Source: a virus
Taxonomy: Duplodnaviria > Caudoviricetes
IMG/VR virus record: IMGVR_UViG_3300038406_000046
Location: 1-28,711 of that record
Direction: 5' to 3' (one strand)
DNA: 28,711 bases
The notes beneath the pieces are model-generated. The model saw only the letters and a list, made by a program, of their open reading frames with translations. It was not told the origin of the DNA and made no database searches. The stretch's first letter is position 1. Every line of letters begins with the position of its first letter. The translations under genes were made by a program, and so were the position numbers. Positions 25,684-28,711 of the stretch are shown piece by piece.

Positions 25684-25684
25684 C
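25633..25684 (+). repeat. Imperfect direct repeat, 25-nt unit, 27-nt period
   Basis: GAAGGTG-TAA-GTACGGTGACAT-CAC (25633) and GAAGGTG-CGC-GTACGGTGACAT-GAC (25660). Confidence 0.85.
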
Positions 25685-25717
25685 GAAGGGGCGTAGCCGC
25701 TATGGCTACGCCCCTTC
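25685..25717. terminator. Probable bidirectional terminator between convergent operons
   Basis: GAAGGGGCGTAGCC / GGCTACGCCCCTTC forms 14 perfect bp with a 5-nt loop, between stops at 25683 (+) and 25726 (-). Confidence 0.85.
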
Positions 25718-25725
25718 TCTGTCTC

Positions 25726-25920
25726 TCAGAAGTGCGTGATGGTGGGCAGGTGGTTCGCGTACGCCATCGCCTCCTCCCAGGTGGCGAATCTCCGTGCCCC
25801 CTGGGACCGCCACCAGGTGCGCTCTACGAACCAGCGCTCTCCCGGAGGGAGCCGCACCAGCCCACCTGCCAGCGTGTACTGGTAGCGATACTTGCGGACC
25901 GTGGGCTTCCAGGGTCTCAC
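25726..25920 (-). CDS. Hypothetical protein (64 aa)
   Basis: GTGA-coupled start at 25920: MRPWKPTVRKYRY...FATWEEAMAYAN. Confidence 0.6.
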   Translation of the reverse strand: MRPWKPTVRKYRYQYTLAGGLVRLPPGERWFVERTWWRSQGARRFATWEEAMAYANHLPTITHF

Positions 25921-26207
25921 GCTGCGAACCTGGCGTTCTGCCGCTCCCGCTCCTCGGGGGTGAGGGCCTTGCGCCATGCCGTCCCGAGCGGGACGGGGAT
26001 GGCTTCGTACCAGTTGGTCTCCCGGTCACTGCCTGCCCACCTGAGCACCTCGGTGGGGTTCTGGCAGATCGGGGATCCGTCTGGTGCTCGACGGAAGTGC
26101 TTGTCGAACGCCTCGAGGCCCTTGAAGAGGAGCCCGCAGGCTGAGCAGCATCCGAAGGTGTCGTTGTGATTCTGGAGTGTCCCGCAGGTGCGGCAGGGGT
26201 TCTTCAT
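25917..26207 (-). CDS. Putative zinc-binding protein (phage FDxH-type), 96 aa
   Basis: ATGA-coupled start; CRTC...CCSACGLLFKGLEAFDKH...C. Confidence 0.7.
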   Translation of the reverse strand: MKNPCRTCGTLQNHNDTFGCCSACGLLFKGLEAFDKHFRRAPDGSPICQNPTEVLRWAGSDRETNWYEAIPVPLGTAWRKALTPEERERQNARFAA

Positions 26208-26485
26208 CCCTCGGGCCCTTCGTAGGGATTGGTCAACTCGTCGAACTCGATGGCGGCTTGCGTCGCACCCAGGTCGTCGAGACCGTGGTCTCGACCCTCG
26301 GCCCACACCTCGGCAAGAGCCTTGTGGAACTCCTTGCGGATCGCTTCGGCGTCGCCGGGGAGCAGTTCGACGGAGGCGATGATGCCGGGGGTCCCGTACC
26401 GCACGAAGTTGTAGACACTCTTGCCCGTCATGTAGACGGTAGAGGTCTGCTCGAGCGGGAAGCGCTCGCGTAGACGGTCGCTCAC
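26204..26485 (-). CDS. Hypothetical protein (93 aa)
   Basis: GTGA-coupled start; ends with EVWAEGRDHG...NPY. Confidence 0.65.
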   Translation of the reverse strand: MSDRLRERFPLEQTSTVYMTGKSVYNFVRYGTPGIIASVELLPGDAEAIRKEFHKALAEVWAEGRDHGLDDLGATQAAIEFDELTNPYEGPEG

Positions 26486-26658
26486 TCGACGACCTCGAGG
26501 GTCATGTGGAACATGGTCTTGACGCCGAACTCGTCGTCGGCGTAGGTGATGAGGTACTGGCCATCTTCCGGCCCGGCGTCGATGTAGCCCTCGTCGCCGG
26601 GCCCGTAGGTCCCGTCGAGGGTCGTCAGGATGAACTCTGCAAGCGCTCTAGGATCCAT
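26482..26658 (-). CDS. Acidic hypothetical protein (58 aa)
   Basis: ATG 26658 behind GGAG: MDPRALAEFILTTLDG... Confidence 0.62.
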   Translation of the reverse strand: MDPRALAEFILTTLDGTYGPGDEGYIDAGPEDGQYLITYADDEFGVKTMFHMTLEVVE

Positions 26659-26809
26659 TGGAATCTCCAGACCTTCCGGTTGTACCCTGAGGCCGCGTTT
26701 GGCTCTCAGATCCTGCACCCGCGATGCTCTCGTGGTACGTGCGCTCCGTGCGGACCGGGTGGATGGCCCTGATGATAGCCACCAGGACCCACCCAATGAG
26801 GTTCCTCAT
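26648..26809 (-). CDS. Hypothetical peptide (53 aa), hydrophobic N-terminus
   Basis: ATGA-coupled start: MRNLIGWVLVAIIRAIH...; fills the gap in the operon. Confidence 0.5.
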   Translation of the reverse strand: MRNLIGWVLVAIIRAIHPVRTERTYHESIAGAGSESQTRPQGTTGRSGDSNGS

Positions 26810-27123
26810 GGACTCGGCCTCTCTGCGACCCGGATTGAGTCGGTCCCGGCGAAGGTCAAGTTCCTCTCCGAGAGGTACCCCTCTTCCGGAACGATGGTCC
26901 GGACCACGACCTGGCCGTTCTTCTTGTGGGTGACCATGGTGATGGTTACCCACATCGGCGCCGGGACGTGCACGAACTCAGACTCAGGAGTGAGGCGGGT
27001 GCTCCATGCGTCCCCGTCCTCCCCGGTGAGGTTTATCCAGCGACCCTCGGTGCGGTCAGCGTGCCACAGAGTTCCCTGGACGTGGCGACCGCACAGGTCG
27101 GCCGCGTCTATCACCCGGCTCAC
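26806..27123 (-). CDS. Hypothetical protein (105 aa)
   Basis: GTGA-coupled start; beta-rich. Confidence 0.62.
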   Translation of the reverse strand: MSRVIDAADLCGRHVQGTLWHADRTEGRWINLTGEDGDAWSTRLTPESEFVHVPAPMWVTITMVTHKKNGQVVVRTIVPEEGYLSERNLTFAGTDSIRVAERPSP

Positions 27124-27260
27124 TTGCCGTCCTTGTCGAGGACGGCCTTGACCTCACGGTCGAAGCGTTCGTCCAGTTTCGCCTGGACCTGCTGGGCGAT
27201 CGCGTCCTGCTGCTTGCTGAACTCAGCAGCAGAGTCGTCCTTGCGCTCTGGGATCTTCAT
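27120..27260 (-). CDS. Hypothetical helical peptide (46 aa)
   Basis: ATGA-coupled start: MKIPERKDDSAAEF... Confidence 0.58.
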   Translation of the reverse strand: MKIPERKDDSAAEFSKQQDAIAQQVQAKLDERFDREVKAVLDKDGK

Positions 27261-27352
27261 CGGCTCCGCCTGTTCTGGATCATCTCGGTGACCTTGAAGC
27301 CGATGACGGCCAGGGCCACGAACAGGAGCCCGTGGATGATGAACTCTGGCAT
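27257..27352 (-). CDS. Single-TM micropeptide (31 aa)
   Basis: TGATG-coupled start: MPEFIIHGLLFVALAVIGFKVTEMIQNRRSR. Confidence 0.55.
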   Translation of the reverse strand: MPEFIIHGLLFVALAVIGFKVTEMIQNRRSR

Positions 27353-27525
27353 CACCACCACCCGCTCTTCTTCGGCGGGTTCTTCGGGTCCTTCTCCTGC
27401 GGGTCCGTCTTCTTGCCGCCCTTGGCCAACTTCTTGGCCGTCTCCGCGTCGGGGAACTTGTTCCACGGCTTCTCGTCGTCGGGCTTCGGCTCCGGCTTCG
27501 GCTTGTCATCGCTGAACCAACCCAT
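27352..27525 (-). CDS. Lys/Pro/Asp-rich peptide (57 aa), absent from the ORF track
   Basis: Hand translation: MGWFSDDKPKPEPKPDDEKPWNKFPDAETAKKLAKGGKKTDPQEKDPKNPPKKSGWW. Purine-rich RBS (GAAGAGGG), GC3-biased codons, stop overlaps the next ATG. Confidence 0.7.
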   Translation of the reverse strand: MGWFSDDKPKPEPKPDDEKPWNKFPDAETAKKLAKGGKKTDPQEKDPKNPPKKSGWW

Positions 27526-27528
27526 GAT

Positions 27529-27777
27529 CTATCCCTCTTCCTCTCGCTGCCAGTCGACAGCCGTCGTCTCGATGTAGGCGTCGGTCTCCCAGCCACGCTC
27601 GGGCGTGTACCAGGAGTGCGGGCCCGCCTCGCGGGCCTTCTGAGTTGCTGCGGCTCCTCGGGTCGCGTAGGGCCCGTAGGCCACCCGGGACTCGCGCCCG
27701 TCCACGTTCTCGCGCTCGATGACTACTCGGAACAGTGTCCCGGACTCGTCCACAGCCCGGGACATCTCCCGGGCCAT
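27529..27777 (-). CDS. Hypothetical protein (82 aa)
   Basis: TGATG-coupled start; YGPYATRGAA motif. Confidence 0.68.
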   Translation of the reverse strand: MAREMSRAVDESGTLFRVVIERENVDGRESRVAYGPYATRGAAATQKAREAGPHSWYTPERGWETDAYIETTAVDWQREEEG

Positions 27778-28010
27778 CAGACTTCCACCTTCCGGATCTC
27801 CTCGGGCAGCACGGGGATGAGACCATCGCCCCACGGGTCGCCCTTGGGCCAGAGCCTCTTCGCGTCCTCGTCGGAGGCCAAGACCTGGAGGTACGGCGAG
27901 GAGGGGAGTGTGCCCACGGGGTGCAGGACCCCCGTGACGCCGTTGTACTCCGTGCTGGGGTAGCCGACGATCTCGACCAGGTCACCCTCTGTGAACTTCG
28001 AGGCGCCCAT
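27777..28010 (-). CDS. Small SH3/KOW-like protein (77 aa)
   Basis: FTEGDLVEIVG...YNGVTGVL is a KOW-like pattern; TGATG-coupled. Confidence 0.62.
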   Translation of the reverse strand: MGASKFTEGDLVEIVGYPSTEYNGVTGVLHPVGTLPSSPYLQVLASDEDAKRLWPKGDPWGDGLIPVLPEEIRKVEV

Positions 28011-28300
28011 CAGGCGTCCTCGTCCTCGAACTGGAGAGCCTGCGGCTCGGCCCAGACCGTGGTTCCGTACTCCCAGAGGAGGAAGTGCTTCGGGTCGTCC
28101 GTGGACTCGAGGTCCACGAACTCGACCGCCTCGTCGACCGAGACCATGTAGTACGCCGGGTCGGTCCCCGGGTGGCCCGCGTACTGGGGGAACGGCACTA
28201 GACCCGAGACGACCCGGACCTTCGTGCCGACCTCGAGACCCGAGGCCTCGACCTCGGCGACGAGCGTTGCGGTGCGAACCTGCGGTGCGTTTGTGTCCAT
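28010..28300 (-). CDS. Hypothetical acidic protein (96 aa), first gene of leftward operon, probably leaderless
   Basis: ATG 28300 lies 6 nt downstream of the -10 box; LEVGTKVRVV is SH3-like. Confidence 0.68.
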   Translation of the reverse strand: MDTNAPQVRTATLVAEVEASGLEVGTKVRVVSGLVPFPQYAGHPGTDPAYYMVSVDEAVEFVDLESTDDPKHFLLWEYGTTVWAEPQALQFEDEDA

Positions 28301-28306
28301 GACCTG

Positions 28307-28335
28307 ATCATACACCCTCCCTCTCAACTGTGCAA
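28307..28335 (-). promoter_or_regulatory. Housekeeping-sigma promoter for the leftward operon
   Basis: TTGCAC (28335-28330), 17-bp spacer, TATGAT (28312-28307). Confidence 0.78.
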
Positions 28336-28375
28336 GCCCCACCCGGGGCCGTCAGGCCCATGGGTGTCAGACAGC

Positions 28376-28386
28376 GGGTGTATACT
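28376..28386 (+). promoter_or_regulatory. Candidate divergent promoter (-10 box)
   Basis: GGGTG-TATACT mirrors GGGTG-TATGAT of the leftward promoter; no good -35 at 17 bp. Confidence 0.5.
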
Positions 28387-28534
28387 CGACCGCAGGGAGC
28401 AAGAAGGTGAGTAGATCACCTCACCTTGGTAGTTACTCACCAGAGGTTCTCCCTAGGGGTCGAACCTCAAAAACCCAACCATGTGGTTCCGTTTCGTAGG
28501 TAACGACAAGACGCGCGTACGTGCGCGAGAGGAT

Positions 28535-28711
28535 GTGAGCGTCGTGGTGGACGCAGTAGAGTTCATGCGGTCCCAGGCGGAGTACTTCGCTCCCGATGCG
28601 CGGAAGTGGCTGTACGACTCGGAGACGCCCAACCTGCACCGCATCGTCACCCAGTCGGACAGGCCGTCGTGGAAGTCTCTCCAGGCGCGCGTCAAGGACG
28701 CGGCTGAGTGG
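28535..28711 (+). CDS. Hypothetical protein, 3'-truncated; start uncertain (ATG 28481 is also in frame)
   Basis: Open frame to the window end with GC3-biased codons: VSVVVDAVEFMRSQAEYFAPDARKWLYDSETPNLHRIV... Confidence 0.6.
   Translation, partial: MSVVVDAVEFMRSQAEYFAPDARKWLYDSETPNLHRIVTQSDRPSWKSLQARVKDAAEW

Noticed and set aside
25633-25684. Mini-CRISPR array or att site
   Set aside because: Only two units separated by 2 nt, no spacers, and no cas or integrase gene in the window.
1-28711. Stop-codon reassignment or programmed frameshift
   Set aside because: Genes tile the window under the standard code using all three stops, neither tRNA is a suppressor, and I saw no slippery-site gene pair. 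The capsid ends in a double stop, TAG TAA.

Overview
A 28.7-kb piece of a high-GC tailed dsDNA phage. The host is probably an actinobacterium (r1t-type holin, leaderless TANNNT promoter, strong GC3 bias), and the virion module looks short-tailed (podovirus-type). The plus strand runs in this order: 5'-truncated terminase large subunit, portal, a free-standing endonuclease VII, a block of putative internal/ejection proteins (a 2009-aa protein with an embedded SAP DNA-binding motif, and an NlpC/P60 peptidase), a ~490-nt non-coding island, scaffold, N4-gp56-type major capsid, fibre/decoration proteins, lysis cassette, adaptor, FN3 fibre, nozzle-like protein and a small peptidoglycan-binding protein. 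A 14-bp hairpin separates this from a convergent operon of 12 tiny, translationally coupled minus-strand genes driven by a leaderless promoter. A divergent ORF runs off the right edge. The most unusual part is the island at 14101-14591. It holds two structurally atypical tRNAs (Met-CAT; Trp-CCA with a G3.U70 pair and an A8/U14 swap). Each tRNA is immediately preceded by a predicted H-type pseudoknot, and both share a TAACTG loop. A multi-pseudoknot leader follows, whose loop is complementary to the scaffold RBS. All structures and family calls were made by eye; no searches were run.
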